Positions 1-12,900 are shown, numbered from the stretch's first letter. The stretch is DNA of 64,000 nucleotides from Dendrobates tinctorius (GCF_039654945.1 NW_027361850.1:9114001-9178000), one strand, 5' to 3'. Made by a program: numbers and translations. The notes: generated by a model from the letters alone, not told the origin.

Positions 1-979
1 AAAGAGGAAAGAATATATATAAAAAAAAAATAAATTCTGACACTTTTTTTTCTTTTTTAAACAACTCCTTCCTGCTTTTCAGTACCCTAGAATCTGCGGT
101 ATGGCTGGTGATTCTGTTATGAATGGGTCACCGAGGAGGAAAAAACAAAACCAGCTAAGTCACAGAAAACCAGAGAGGTTGGTAACTATGCAGATTGCAG
201 ATCCCTGAACTTACCACACAACTAGCAGTAGCCGTGGAGCATGCCTACGATGTTCCTAGACGCCTCGTCACGGCCGGAGGGCTAAATAAGCCTAAAGCAA
301 GAAAAGGGAAAACTAACTGCCCCAGAGCAGACCCCAAAGGAATAGATAGCCCCCACACATGTATTGACGGTCAAACAAGTTGAAGGCACAAACACAGGCA
401 GGAAAATAGGCTGAGCAAATGATGGGGCCCAAACTAACTAAACGGAAAGGAAAGACACTGTCTGCAACCTGCAAAAAACCCTACAAAAATAATGTCCAGC
501 ACTTCTGATAGCAAAATTAACCCTGAAGTCACTAGACTTCTCCCACTATATCAGCACTCTGAAATATTCTGAGACAGAGCAAAAAGAGACCGAACTAGCA
601 AGGGACAAAAAGCCAATTGGCAAAATACTGATAAATAAGAGTGGAAATTCAGCACAGCCCCCAGCCAGGGCTGGCTGACCACACAAAAAACTGAACAGAC
701 CAACAAAATCAAGTGTGAACATTAGCAGAAAAACTTAGCTTTAGATGACTGGAACAGAGGTGAAAACCAAGAGCTGACAAGCCAGAAGAAATCACCAGCA
801 ACTGAATAGGGCGTCGGCAGTCTTAAATCCAATCTGAGAATCCCGAGGTCCAATCGTTATCCTCATTCTCAGGTGGCAGACCTCCACCGATCAAACCAGC
901 CTCACCACCTCCTGTCACCACCAGAGAAAGTCTGGAAGGGGAACTCACAACTGGTGAACCAGAGAATGAACTCACAACA
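1..979 (-). mobile_element. 5' LTR (115-979) and start of internal leader (1-114) of a Ty3/Gypsy chromovirus-like element that continues left of the window
   Basis: TG..CA termini (TGTTATGA at 115, TCACAACA ending 979). Bases 1-125 are the reverse complement of the LTR-end and leader of element A (15401-15440 joined to 19043-19100). Confidence 0.8.
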
Positions 980-1252
980 GACAGTGGTCCGATTTCAAAA
1001 TTAAGACCTTGTCATTAACCTACAAAGTGGCTTGGTCCTTAAAGGGTTAATGTCCAAAACTTACAAACGGTATCCTCTGGATCGCAGCAGGGAAACAAGA
1101 CAGTCCGTTAATACGGCTGATTGCAGAGGGCGACTTCACCTCCGTATAATGCTGCGGGTGCTAGAAGTTCACTCTGCTTGGTGCTGTGTTCCCTCACTCA
1201 GGCTGAGCTTTTGCAGAGCTGTCTGCTCTGCACCTTGCAAACTCCACACTGA

Positions 1253-1586
1253 GGCTATGTGCACACGTATGCAGAAAATTTCTGCATGAAAACCGGACTC
1301 CTTCCCAGAAAACGCACATTTTTTCCATGCGTTTTTGCCGCAATTTTTCCCAGAGCATCCCCAGACATAGAAAATAGCCAGAAATGCAGAATTTACCGCG
1401 AAATTAATGAGCATGCTGCGTTTTTTACCGCAAAGCGTTTTTTTCGCGGTAAAAAACGCATCAATATGCACAAAAAGTGCAAAATGCATTAAAATGAATG
1501 GGAAGCTTCTTTTAGGTGTGTTTTGAGTGGCTTTTTGGTAAATCTGCGGGGAAAACGCGAAAAAAACGCTATGTGTGAACACAGCC
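1253..1586. mobile_element. PIF/Harbinger-type MITE
   Basis: Imperfect TIRs GGCTATGTGCACAC / GTGTGAACACAGCC, 3-bp TGA target duplication on both sides, internal AAAACGCA/TGCGTTTT inverted motifs. Confidence 0.8.
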
Positions 1587-1882
1587 TGAAACACCCAACC
1601 CTCTGCTGCATGTTAACTCTTTCTTTTTTTCTCTTTTATATGAAATCTAGTGGAAACCTTTTTTGAGATCTTACTAACTTTGACGTATATTATTGGGATA
1701 AACATCCGGTGAGAGGAAAGTAATCTAATACATCTGGAAAATGAGCCCTCACACCAACAAAGACAAATTAAAGTCAGAAAGAAGCTGTAGAGGTTTCCCA
1801 CCTGTGATTTAATTGATTTGCTTGCATTCAGGAATTTTGTGTGTGTGCATGCTCAGATACCATCCTGTAAGTTCACTTGGAT

Positions 1883-1931
1883 GGTATCTTGACAAAGAGC
1901 ACTTGCCGCTTGAAACGCGTCAAAAGATGCC
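1883..1931 (+). ncRNA. Minimal type I hammerhead ribozyme-like motif (U3-A8 core variant) in a PLE pseudo-LTR remnant
   Basis: TTGACAA core, GAGC/GCTT stem II, GAAA, palindromic ACGCGT stem III, GTC site; stem I GGTATC/GATGCC is displaced by AAAA. Confidence 0.55.
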
Positions 1932-2276
1932 TGTATTCTCTTTTTTGTGACACAATTTTAATCTTTTCTCCATGTACTTTAGAAATTAAAATTAACTTTT
2001 TTAGACTTCATCTGTGAGATGGATTTTTCTGCCTTCTCTATTGGATCTTACACCCTGCCCAGGTGCTATTCGTGCTCCAGAAGTGTGGAATTGCAAATGG
2101 TGAGCTGGATTTTCTTGTGTGGTTTTGACTGATATTGGCATCAGAGTCTCCCATCACCCACAGCATAGTACCAAGGTAAAGATACATGATTGCAAATTTT
2201 TATGAATTCCTGATCTGCTTGCCGATATTGCAGTATGGAGATGTCTATTAGCAGCCAGGATAAAGATGCACAATTA

Positions 2277-2449
2277 GGCCGGGGTCACACTTGCAACTTC
2301 AACTCGCGTGAACATGGGACCGGAGTGTGCAGCTGCATGTATTTCTATGCAGCTGAACCCTCTGGTCCGAATCGCCGGCGGCAGTGCCGGGTATTGAGGG
2401 GAGAGACTCGCGCAAGTTTCTCACTGCAGTTGCAAATGTGACCCCGGCC
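2277..2449. mobile_element. Short PIF/Harbinger-type MITE
   Basis: TIRs GGCCGGGGTCACACTTGC / GCAAATGTGACCCCGGCC, flanked by TTA / TTC. Confidence 0.75.
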
Positions 2450-3923
2450 TTCTTCTCATTATCAGCTATACAGCAAAAAAAAGTCTCCAGAGGAGCAATT
2501 CCCAGTCAAATAAACTCCTTAACCCCTTTCTGCCAGATGATGTACTATCCCGTCCATCTGCCCTGGGCCTTAATGCCCATGGACGGGATAGTATGTTATA
2601 CGCGATCAGCTGTGCTCACGGGGGGAGCGAGGCTGATGGCGGCCAGGTGTCAGATGATTATCACAGCTGACACCCAGCACTAAGTGCCAGGAGCGATCAC
2701 TTTAACTCTCGGAACACTGCAATCAAATATGATCGCAGCATTGCAGGAGCATGCAGGCCCTCTGCCTTGGATCTGAGACCCCGAGGCATGATGTGGGGTC
2801 CCAATTGCTGCCATGGAGATCCGATGTTGTCACGACGACATCTGGGTCTCTACTGCTGAGAGACTTCCTGTCATGCGCAGTGATGACCAGGAAGTCTCTC
2901 AGGTCAGTGAGCAACTCCATGCAGCGCTGATAGCTTCTATAGCATGCAGATCTGCATGCTATAGAAGCGATCAGCCTGCACAAAATGAGTGTCCCATAGT
3001 GGTAAAAATAAGAATTAAATAAAAAAAAGATTAATTGTAAAACTATTTAAAAAAGTAATAAAAAAAATAAAAAAAATCAATATTTATTCAAATAAATATT
3101 TAAATTAAAAAATCTACACAATAAAAGTACACATTTTGTATTGCCGCGTCTGTAACGACCCGCCCTATAAAACCATCCCACTAGATAACCCCTGTAATGA
3201 ACACCATAAAAAAGGGCAAAAAACAATGCTTTATCATCATACCGCCAAACAAAAAGTGGAATAACACACGATCAAAAAGACAGATATAAATAAATGTACT
3301 GCAGAAAACGGCATCTTGTCCCGCAAAAAATTAGCCCCCATACAGCATCATCAGCAAAAAATAAAAATGATATAGCTCTCAAAATGAAGCGATACAAAAA
3401 TAATTATTTTTATATAAAATAGTTTTTTTGTATAAAAGCACCAAATCATAAAAAAATATAAATGAGGTATCGCTGTAATCGTAGTGACCCAAAAAATAAA
3501 AATGCATTATCAATTTTACCACATGCGTAACGGCGTAAAGGCCCCCCCCCCCCCCCCCAAAAAAAAGAAATTCATGAAATGCTGGTTTTTGTTCATTTTG
3601 CCTCACAAAAATCGGAATAAAAAGCGATAAAAAAAGTCATGTGCCCGAAAGTGGTACCAATAAAAATGTCAACTCGTCCCACAAGAAACAAGACCTCACA
3701 TGACTCTGTGGGCCAAAGTATGGAAAAATTATAACTCTCAAAATGTGGTGATTCAAAAACTATTTTTTGCAATAAAAAGCGTCTTTTAGTGTGTGACAGC
3801 TGCCAAACATAAAAACCCGCCATAAAAACCCGCTATAAATGATAAATCAAACCCCTCTTTATCACCCCCTTGGTTAGGGAAAAATAATAAAATTAGAAAA
3901 ATGTATTTATTTCCATTTTCCCA

Positions 3924-4062
3924 TTAGGGTTAGGGCTAGGGTTAGGGTTGTGGCTAAAGTTAGGGTTGAGGCTAAAGTTAGGGTTAGGGTTACGGTTTGG
4001 GTTAGGGTTGGGATTAGAGTTAGGGCTGGGATTAGGTTTAGAGTTGGGATTAGGGTTAGGGA
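3924..4062 (+). repeat. Degenerate (TTAGGG)n telomere-like tract inside the TTAA element
   Basis: About 23 hexamers: TTAGGG with CTAGGG, TTGGGA, TTAGAG and CTAAAG variants. Confidence 0.85.
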
Positions 4063-4092
4063 TGTGTTGGGGTTACGGTTGGATTTAGAATT

Positions 4093-4870
4093 GGGGGGTT
4101 TCCACTGTTTAGGCACATCAGGGGCTCTCCAAACGCGACATGGCATCTGATCTCAATTCCAGCCAATTTTGCATTGAAAAGTCAAACGTTCTCCTTCCCT
4201 TCTGATCTCTGCCATGCGCCCAAACAGTGGTTTACCCCCACATATGAGGTATCAGCATACTCAGCACAAATTGAACAACTTCTAGGATCTAATTTCTCCT
4301 TTTACCCTTGGATAAATAAAAAATTGGAGGCGAAAAGATCATTTTTGTGAAAAAATATGATTTTTAATTTTTATGGCTCTACATTATAAAGTTCTGTAAA
4401 GCACTTGGGGGTTCAAAGTGCTCACCACTCATTTAGATAAGTTCCTTAGTGGGTCTACTTTCCAAAATGGTGTCACTTGTGGGGGTTTCCACAGTTTAGG
4501 CACATCAGGGACTCTCCAAATACGACATGGTATCCAATCTCAATTCCAGCCAATTTTGCATTGAAAAGTCAAACGGCACCCCTTCCCTTCCAAGCTCTGC
4601 CATGCGCCCAAACAGTGGTTTACGTGCATATATGGGATATCAACATACTCAGGACAAATTGTACAACAATGTTTGGGGTCCAATTTCTCCTGTTACCGTT
4701 GGTAAAATAAAAAAAAATTGGATCTGAAGTAAATGTTTTGTGAAAAAAGTTAAATGTTCATTTTTTTTAATCATTCCAAAAATTCCTGTGAAGCACCTGA
4801 AGGGTTAATAAACTTCTGGAATGTGGTTTTGAGCATGTTCAGGGGTGCAGTTTTTGAATGGTGTCATTTT
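4093..4870. repeat. About two tandem copies of a ~390-bp unit
   Basis: GGGTTTCCAC(T/A)GTTTAGGCACATCAGGGG and the following sequence recur near 4095 and 4483. Confidence 0.75.
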
Positions 4871-5774
4871 TGGGTATTTTCTATCATATTGACCCCTCAA
4901 AATGACTTCAAATGTGATGTGGTCCCTAAAAAATGGTGTTGTTTGTAAAAATGAGAAATCGCTGGTCAACTTTTAACCCTTATAACTTCCTAACAAAAAA
5001 AATTTTGGTTCCAAAATTGTGCTGATGTAAAGTAGACATGTGGGAAATGTTATTTATTAACTATTGTGTGTGACATATTTCTCTGTTTTAAGGGCATGAA
5101 AATTCAAAGTTGGAAAATTGCGAAATTTTCAAAATGTTCGCCACAATTCCGTTTTTTTCATAAATAAACGCAAGTCATATCAAAGAAATTTTACCACTAT
5201 CATGAAGAACAATATGTCATGAGAAAACAGTGTCAGAATCACCTGAATCCATGAACGTGTTCCATAGTTATTACCACATAAATGGACAGTGGTCAGAATT
5301 GTAAAAATTGGCCTGGTCCTTAACATGCAAACCACCCTTGGGGGTAAAGGGGTTAAAGGGAAGGTGCAAAACAAATTTTTTTCCAGCAATTGAAAAAATG
5401 TAAAGAATTAATGTTAAAATTTTCTGAAAAAATATTATTTGTTTATAATTTAGGAAAGTATTAAAAATATTTTTAAAAGGTTTGGTATTTCCACTTTTAA
5501 ACACTAGGGGGAGCAGCTACTGAAATTTGACACAAAAACCTAGTGTACAACTAGCTCACATTACTGCACTGCAGTAAACATGGGCTGAATCTGCTCACAT
5601 GTGTGTGATGTCACTCCTCTCCTCCCCTTCTGGGTGTTTGCCAAGGGATAAGAGAGAATGACATTTAGGAACAAAATGCAGAGCCATTTTGTTGGTGACA
5701 AGTTATAGTGACAAGTAGGTGTTCACCGAGAATGGCAGGCATCAAAGATTCTGTTAGTTGGTGCAGCTCGCTGT

Positions 5775-5940
5775 ATCACACTCACGCTCATGCTCACACG
5801 CTGATGCTCACACTCATGCTGACACTCATGCACATGCTCGCACGCTGACACTCACGCTCACAAGCTCATGCTTACACATTGACGCTTACGCTGACGCTCA
5901 CATGCTGACGCTAACGCTGACGCTCACATGCACACTCTCA
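5775..5940. repeat. Degenerate hexamer microsatellite (CACGCT/GACGCT)n
   Basis: Direct inspection. Confidence 0.7.
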
Positions 5941-7464
5941 AACTAAGCCCGACACCCTTATTACTAAGCCGATAAGTAAACACAAACACACACAAACCTA
6001 CGCACACATTGTCAGCAGCCTATGCAGGAGTGTTAACAGAACAAACGTACATAGGCTGTAACCATATAGTAACTATTAATTTTAAAGAAAAGAAAAAAAA
6101 ATTGCATGGGCTCCCTTGTCATTTTAATAACCAGCAGAGGGAAAGCCGATGGCTGGGGCAGATGTTTAAAGCCTGGGAAGGGGGTAATGCCCATAGAGCT
6201 TCCCAGGCTATTAATATCAGCTCACAGCTGTATACTTAACCTTTACTGGCTACTAAATTGGGGGATCCCCTCAAAAAATGATGTGGGGTACCCCTATAAT
6301 TAATAACCAGCAAAGGCTATGCAGAAAGTTGCTGGCTGATATTAATAGCCTAGGAAGGGGCCATGGATATTGGCCCACAGGCTAAAAACACCAGCTCACA
6401 GCCACCCCAGAAAAGGAGCATCTCTTAGATGCACCAAATCTGGCACTTAGCCTCGCTCTTCCCACTTGCCCTGTAGTGATGGCAAGTGGGGTAATAGTTG
6501 GGGGGGTTGATGTCACCTTTGTATTGTTTTTTGACATCAAGTCCACGGCTTAGTAATGGAGAGGCGTCCATAAGACATCTATCCATTACTAATCCTATAG
6601 TTATATGGTAAATAAAAACACAGCCAGAATAAAGCTCTTTTTTACTCTTCACCACGACAGCACCCACTGGAGGTATCGGATCCGCCCATTTGGAACAGGA
6701 AACCCTACAGGAAAGATAAAAGGGGCGGTCCGCCTTTCCTCCTCAGTTTTGGTTTCCTGTTCCAAATGGAGCAGGATCCTGCAGGATCTTACCTGGGCCA
6801 TGCATCTGCCTGTGCGGTCTCCTCGGGAACGGCAGGGGCTGCGGTCCGGGAGCAGCGTCGGGGGAGATTCCGTTTGACGGCTCCCCCCTCGTCTGGTGGC
6901 ATAACGGTGATGACCGGGTCCGGGGAGGGCCGCCCGGTCTTACCAGGGAGCGGGCCGGTCTGGCATCCGGAGGCAGAACACCCCCCCCCCATCGGTGGGG
7001 ATACAGCGTGGGAGGTGAAGCCATGAGCGCACGAACCGCGCATGTGAGTAGCGGTGGCGCAGGAGCCGGCCGGCGCCCGACGCTCCTATACCCCGGAAGT
7101 AATGGTTGAACTTCCGGGGTAGGATGGCGATGACGCGGCGCATGCGCCCTGACACAGGGCGACTTCCGGGGGCACGACAGGAGTGAAGACAAAACAGCGC
7201 TGCAGCGCTGCAACGATGGAACCATGTCGTCCCCCACGGAGTCGCAGGCCCCAGCAGGGGATTCAGCTGGGGGCAATTCCACCAGGGACCGCAGCGCCAG
7301 GACAGAGACTGCCCGCAGGAGCGAGGCAGCAGAAACCAGATCCAGACCGTCTCAGCCATCCGACCCGGTATTAAGCTTCACTGGGTGAGTGTGCAAAGTA
7401 TATACTCTACCTATTAAGCTAACCTCCTCCCCCCCCTCTCTTTACCTTTGACCTCCCACTTCAG

Positions 7465-8680
7465 TCAAAGAAAAAAGAAAAAACTAAACATAAAGAATGC
7501 GCATTATGTTCAGAGCCTCTCCCTGACTCCTACCCCAAAAAACTCTGCAAACAATGCATGAAAGAGACCAGGCAGGGGTCGACGATATCTTCTAAAGATA
7601 TCCGAGCCATAATTAGGGAGGAGATACAAGCCATCAACCGCGCCAGCACTCCCTCAGAGTCCAGTCATAAGAAACAGGTCGTTGTTAGTTCAGAGTCAGA
7701 GGAAGAACAGGAGTTAAATTCAGGCTCCGCATTCACGTCCTCATCGTCATCCTCGGAGATGGAAGGACGCGCATGTTTTCCACTGGACAGCGTAGATAAC
7801 CTAGTAAAAGCGGTTAGAAATACTATGGGGTGTGAAGAGGAAAGGGGAGCCCAAACCGCGCAGGACATTATGTTTGCGGGATTGGCAGAAAAAAAGAGAT
7901 CATTTCCGGTGATACCGGCAATTAAGGACCTCATCAAAAGAGTGGGAAAAACACGACCAGAGGGGTTTTCTCCCATCAGCCTCAAAACGGAAGTATCCGT
8001 TCACTGATGAAGACCTATTGAAATGGACTAAAATACCAAAGGTGGATGCCGTCATAGCCTCCACTTCCAAACAGACCTCGATCCCGGTCGAGGACGCAGG
8101 ATTGTTAGCAGACCCATTAGACCGAAAGGCAGAATCTTCGCTCAAAAGGTCCTGGGAGTCCACCACCGGGGTATTCAAACCCGCAATAGCCAGCACATGT
8201 ACTGCTAGATCAATGCTGGTATGGCTAGATCAATTAGATCAGCAGATCGAGCAAAGAGTGTCAAGGGAGAAACTGCGTGCAGCCATCCCGTTGATAAGAG
8301 GTGCAGCTGCCTTTATGGCAGATGCTTCAGCGGACACCCTAAGACTGGCAGCGAGGTCGGCAGCCCTGGTGAATAACGCCAGACGCGCGCTGTGGATAAA
8401 AAGCTGGAAAGGGGACGCACAATCAAAATCCAAAATTAGTGCAACCCCATGCGAGGGTGAGTTCCTCTTCGGGAAAGCCTTAGACGAAATTCTCGCCAAG
8501 GCAAAAGAGAGGAAAAAGGCCTTCAGTGATTCTCCCATTCCGTTTTATAGGAAAACCTTTAAGAGACGGCCATTCGGGAGAAGAAGACAGTCGGACAGAA
8601 CGAATAGATGGGCCATGAAAGACGAAAAGCAGAAGGGTACCATCTTCAGAGGGCCAACATATAGGAGAGATAAAAATTAA
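7465..8680 (+). pseudogene. DIRS gag-like ORF1, frameshifted near 7940
   Basis: N-terminal CxxC..CxxC (CALC..CKQC) followed by typical DIRS gag motifs (PKVDAVIA, DPLDRKAE, RRALWIKSW, FLFGKALD). Confidence 0.8.
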
Positions 8681-8728
8681 GAGTTTAGACCCACCAGTTG
8701 GGGGTAGATTAAAATTTTTTGTTACCAA

Positions 8729-10431
8729 ATGGGAACAAATTACGTTAAGCCTCTATGCTCTATACAACTTCCTTCCGCAGCTCCAACAGAAGCATGTCAG
8801 GATCCTATCGGACAACACCACCACAGTGGCCTATATAAACAGACAAGGAGGGACTCGATCAGAGACTCTGATGTCTTCAGCGGCAAGAATTTTAAACTTA
8901 GCAGAAAACTATTTTTTGTCCCTCTCGGCCCTTCATATCAGAGGCGAGAGCAATCAAAAGGCAGACTTCCTAAGCCGACACACTCTACGGCAAGGAGAGT
9001 GGTGCCTCAATCAGAAGGTCTTCAGGGACATAGTAGCCCTATGGGGACAACCCGAGGTGGACCTTTTCACCACAAAGGAGAACAGGCAGATAAAAACATT
9101 TGCCTCCCTATCTCCATCAGATCACCCAGACATACTAGACGCCCTTCTAGCTCCATGGAATTTCAACCTGGCGTATGCGTTCCCTCCATTGATCCTCCTA
9201 CCTCAAGTAATTCGGAAGATCAGAGACGACAAAGCAAGGATAATCTTAATAGCACCTTTCTGGCCAAAAAGACCGTGGTTTTCGTGGCTGCAAATTATGT
9301 CAATAACAGATCCTTGGGTCCTTCCTTCGACTCCCAACTTACTCTCCCAAGGCCCCTTTTTCCACCCTCAAGTGGTCAGCTTGCACTTGACGGCGTGGAA
9401 TTTGAGAGGCAGTTATTGAGGACAAGAGGATTCTCTGAGTCTTTAATTACTACACTACTACAAAGTAGAAAACAGTCCACAACCCAAATTTACACTAGAA
9501 TATGGAAAAAATTTCTTCAATTCCATACAGTACCTCATACAGCAGAAGTTCCGATAATCCCAATCTTGGAATTTCTGCAGAAAGGGAAAGACTTAGGCTT
9601 AGCAGTAAATACGCTAAGAGTACAAATATCGGCATTAGGAGCACTATATGGCCATAATATAGCAGGCAACAAGTGGATAACTCGATTCATTACAGCATGT
9701 GAACGAATAGCTCCAATCCACATACCCTCCGTCCCTACATGGGATCTAAATCTGGTCTTAGACGCCCTAACGGTAGACCCCTTTGAGCCGATCGACACAA
9801 TACCCTTCAAATACTTAGCACTTAAAATGGCCCTCTTGGTAGCACTGACCTCAGCTAGAAGAGTGGGTGATATCCAGGCCTTGTCAATAGATCCACTTTT
9901 TTTCAAGAATACCAAGACAGATTGGTATTAAAACCAGACCCTGCCTACCTGCCAAAAGTGGCAACAAAATACCATAGATCTCAGGAGATACTCCTCCCAA
10001 CCTTCTATAAAAATCCCTCTACTCCGGAAGAGCAGAAGTTCCATACTCTGGACGTCAAAAGAACTGTCCTAAAATATATTGAGAGGTCCAACAGTTGGAG
10101 GCAGAGTAGGGCCCTATTTGTTTCATTTCAGGGCTGTAAGAAGGGGTATGGAGTCACGAAGAGCACCATTTCCCGGTGGATCAGAGAGGCCATTCGTTTA
10201 GCCTACTCCGCAAAAAACGAAGATCCTCCAGGGAACATCAGGGCGCATTCCACCAGGGCAATGGCAACTTCTTGGGCGGAAAAGGGAGATGTTCCGATTG
10301 AAACTATATGTAAGGCGGCAGTTTGGTCATCCCCTTCTACCTTCTATAACCACTATAGACTTGATCTTTCATCAACCTCTGACTTAAGCTTTGGCAGGAC
10401 TGTCCTTGGCACGGTGGTCCCACCCAGGTGA
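8729..10431 (+). pseudogene. DIRS tyrosine recombinase, frameshift in a T-run near 9900
   Basis: ORFs 8729-9931 and 9922-10431 with catalytic motifs SARRVGD, HSTR, AAVW, FYNHY; overlaps RH in another frame as in DIRS1. Confidence 0.9.
8750..9419 (+). pseudogene. DIRS RNase H C-terminus and adenine methyltransferase-like domain
   Basis: SDNTTTVAYINRQGGTRS, HIRGESNQKADFLSR, DLFTTKEN..AYAFPP; the pol N-terminus (VGGRLKFF) is fused directly to RNase H. Confidence 0.85.
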
Positions 10432-10969
10432 TGGTCTCTGGAATCTCTCCAGTGGGTGCTGTCGTGGCGAAGAGTAAAAAGCCGGATTACTTACCGGTAA
10501 TGCTCTTTTAATGAGTCCACGACAGCACCCGCTCACTTCCCTCCCTAAAGATATCAATAGTTAAAGTATATCAACCAAATAATGGATAAGAAAGATGTTA
10601 AAATAAGAGAACATTGCCTAATCCTTGGCGGTCCTTCTGGTACTCTGAAACGTAAAACTGAGGAGGAAAGGCGGACCGCCCCTTTTATCTTTCCTGTAGG
10701 GTTTCCTGTTCCAAATGGGCGGATCCGATACCTCCAGTGGGTGCTGTCGTGGACTCATTAAAAGAGCATTACCGGTAAGTAATCCGGCTTATTTGAAATA
10801 CTGACACAGACTCCTTTAATAATCTTAATTAAATCAAACTTACTGAACACCTAATCCACCGACGCCCTCGTCTCCTGCAACAAAATTAAATAATAAACCA
10901 CAAATATTCCTCACCTGTCCACTGAGAAGATAATGCATAATGTCCCACGATGATCCTGATCACTTTGAG

Positions 10970-11522
10970 TAAACTGAACAGAAGTACGATAACAAGTCTG
11001 TATTTACACAAATAAACGCAGGTGCAACAACTCTTCAAAAACAGCAAACAGGGAGATAGTGAAGTCGTTCATATGCAGCACTGCTGCAGGCAAATTTTCT
11101 TGGGAGAGGCACACACTAGGGAAAGCCGTTCAGAAGTCAAAGTTCACAACAGGGCTGGCAGTCTCTTAGGAAGTCCAGAACCGTTACCAAACCTGCCACT
11201 GCACACCAACTAGGTTAGCTGAAGTAGGCCAAGCTTACGTGTCCTAAGCAGGCAGGTGGAGACAGATGCAGATGCAGAGGAACTCAAACACAGCTTGCTA
11301 CTGAGAATTGGAGAGATTTGCTGGAAGGGCTGAATGGATCTATTGGAGAGGAACAGTCTCTTGCAGCACAGAGCCAGGGATTCAAGCAGAATACACAAGC
11401 ATGGAGTGGAAGGCAAACCAGGGTTATAAGACAGGGAAGGCAGATCACATGAACAGAAGCGAGGCAGCAGACACCATCTTGAAAAAGCACCACAGATGAA
11501 CAGAGAATCCAGAGTCCTGACA
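10970..11522 (-). mobile_element. Truncated Gypsy LTR fragment
   Basis: Ends in GAGTCCTGACA (TGTCAGG on the minus strand); layout and composition resemble the LTR at 20501-21043. Confidence 0.45.
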
Positions 11523-11699
11523 GGTGTTCACTAGAGTTGAGCGATACCGTCCGATACTTCAAAGTATCGGATCGGAATGGATCGGCCGATCTTAAAAAAA
11601 AAAAGTATCGGTATCGCCGATTCCGATACCGGAAGTCCCATTCAAGTCTATGGGACTTCCGGTATCGGAATAAGAAAAATCCTGTTTTTCCCTTGTACA

Positions 11700-12070
11700 G
11701 CCTCTCTGGGGTCTGTACGGGCCTTTCGGGGGGCTGTGCCGGCCTGCCAGGGGGTCTGTGCAGGCTCCGGTGGTCTGTGCAGGCCTGCCGGGGGGCTGTG
11801 CAGGCTCCGGTGGGCTGTGCCGGCCTGCCGGGGGGCTGTGCCGGCCTGCCGGGGGGCTGTGCAGGCTCCGGGGGGCTGTGCCGGCCTGCCGGGGGGCTGT
11901 GCCGGCCTGCCGGGGGGCTGTGCCGGCCTGCCGGGGGGCTGTGCAGGCTCCGGTGGTCTGTGCCGGCCTGCCGGGGGGCTGTGCAGGCTCCGGTGGGCTG
12001 TGTCGGCCTGCCGGGGGGCTGTGCCGGCCTGCCGGGGGGCTGTGCAGGCTTCGGGGGTCTGTGCAGGCAT
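11700..12070 (+). repeat. GC-rich minisatellite (GGGGGCTGTGCCGGCCTGCC-like); inverted counterpart at ~14180-14430
   Basis: Direct inspection; explains the overlapping spurious ORFs. Confidence 0.9.
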
Positions 12071-12202
12071 CGTCCGATGGGACTACAAGTCCCATCGGGC
12101 GATGCCTGCTACCATGACTGTGATTGACACATTAGCCAATGATGGGACAGTAGTAGTCCCATCATCCGGCTAATGTGTTGAATGTAAAAAAAAATAAAAA
12201 AT

Positions 12203-12900
12203 TACATGCTACATACATACAACATGCATATTACATACATGCTACATTCATACTACATACTACATACATGCTACATTCATACTACATATATACTACATGC
12301 AACATACATACTACATATATACTACATGCAACATACATACTACATATATACTACATGCATGCAACATGCATACTACATATATACTATATGCTACATACAT
12401 ACTACATATATGCTACATACATACTACATATATACTACATGCATGCTACATACATACTGCATGCTACATACATACTACATATATGCTACATACATACTAC
12501 ATATATACTACATGCATGCTACATACATACTGCATGCTACATACATACTACATGCTACATACATACCACATATATACTACATACTACATGCTACATGCTA
12601 CATACATACCACATACATACTACATACATACTACATGCTACATACATACTACATATATACTACATGCATGCTACATACATACTACATGCTACATACATAC
12701 CACATATATACTACATACATACTACATGCTACATACATACTACATATATACTACATGCATGCTACATACATACTGCATGCTACATGCATGCTACATACAT
12801 ACTACATACATACTACATGCTACATACATACCACATATATACTACATACATACTACATACAATACATTCATACAATACATACATAGACATACAGTACATA
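12203..12900 (+). repeat. Complex (TACA/TACATGC/TAC) microsatellite; inverted counterpart at ~13255-14043
   Basis: Direct inspection. Confidence 0.95.

Larger units (their letters stand above)
2523..5352. mobile_element. Non-autonomous TTAA-specific (piggyBac-like) DNA transposon
   Basis: TTAA-CCCCTTT at 2519 and AAAGGGG-TTAA ending 5356; no transposase ORF; internal ~390-bp tandem duplication. Confidence 0.6.
6639..10790 (+). mobile_element. DIRS1-type tyrosine-recombinase retrotransposon, RT domain deleted
   Basis: Identical inverted terminal repeats (~6652-6750 / ~10654-10752), 3' extension to 10790, internal complementary region (~10447-10530) joining the complements of both ends, gag/RH/MT/YR remnants, no TSD at a T-run. 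Confidence 0.95.

Noticed and set aside
1000-1050. AAAGGGTTAA end of another TTAA element
   Set aside because: Only one terminus is visible, so its extent cannot be defined.
3924-4062. True telomere or chromosome fusion site
   Set aside because: The tract is short, degenerate, in one orientation and internal to a transposon.
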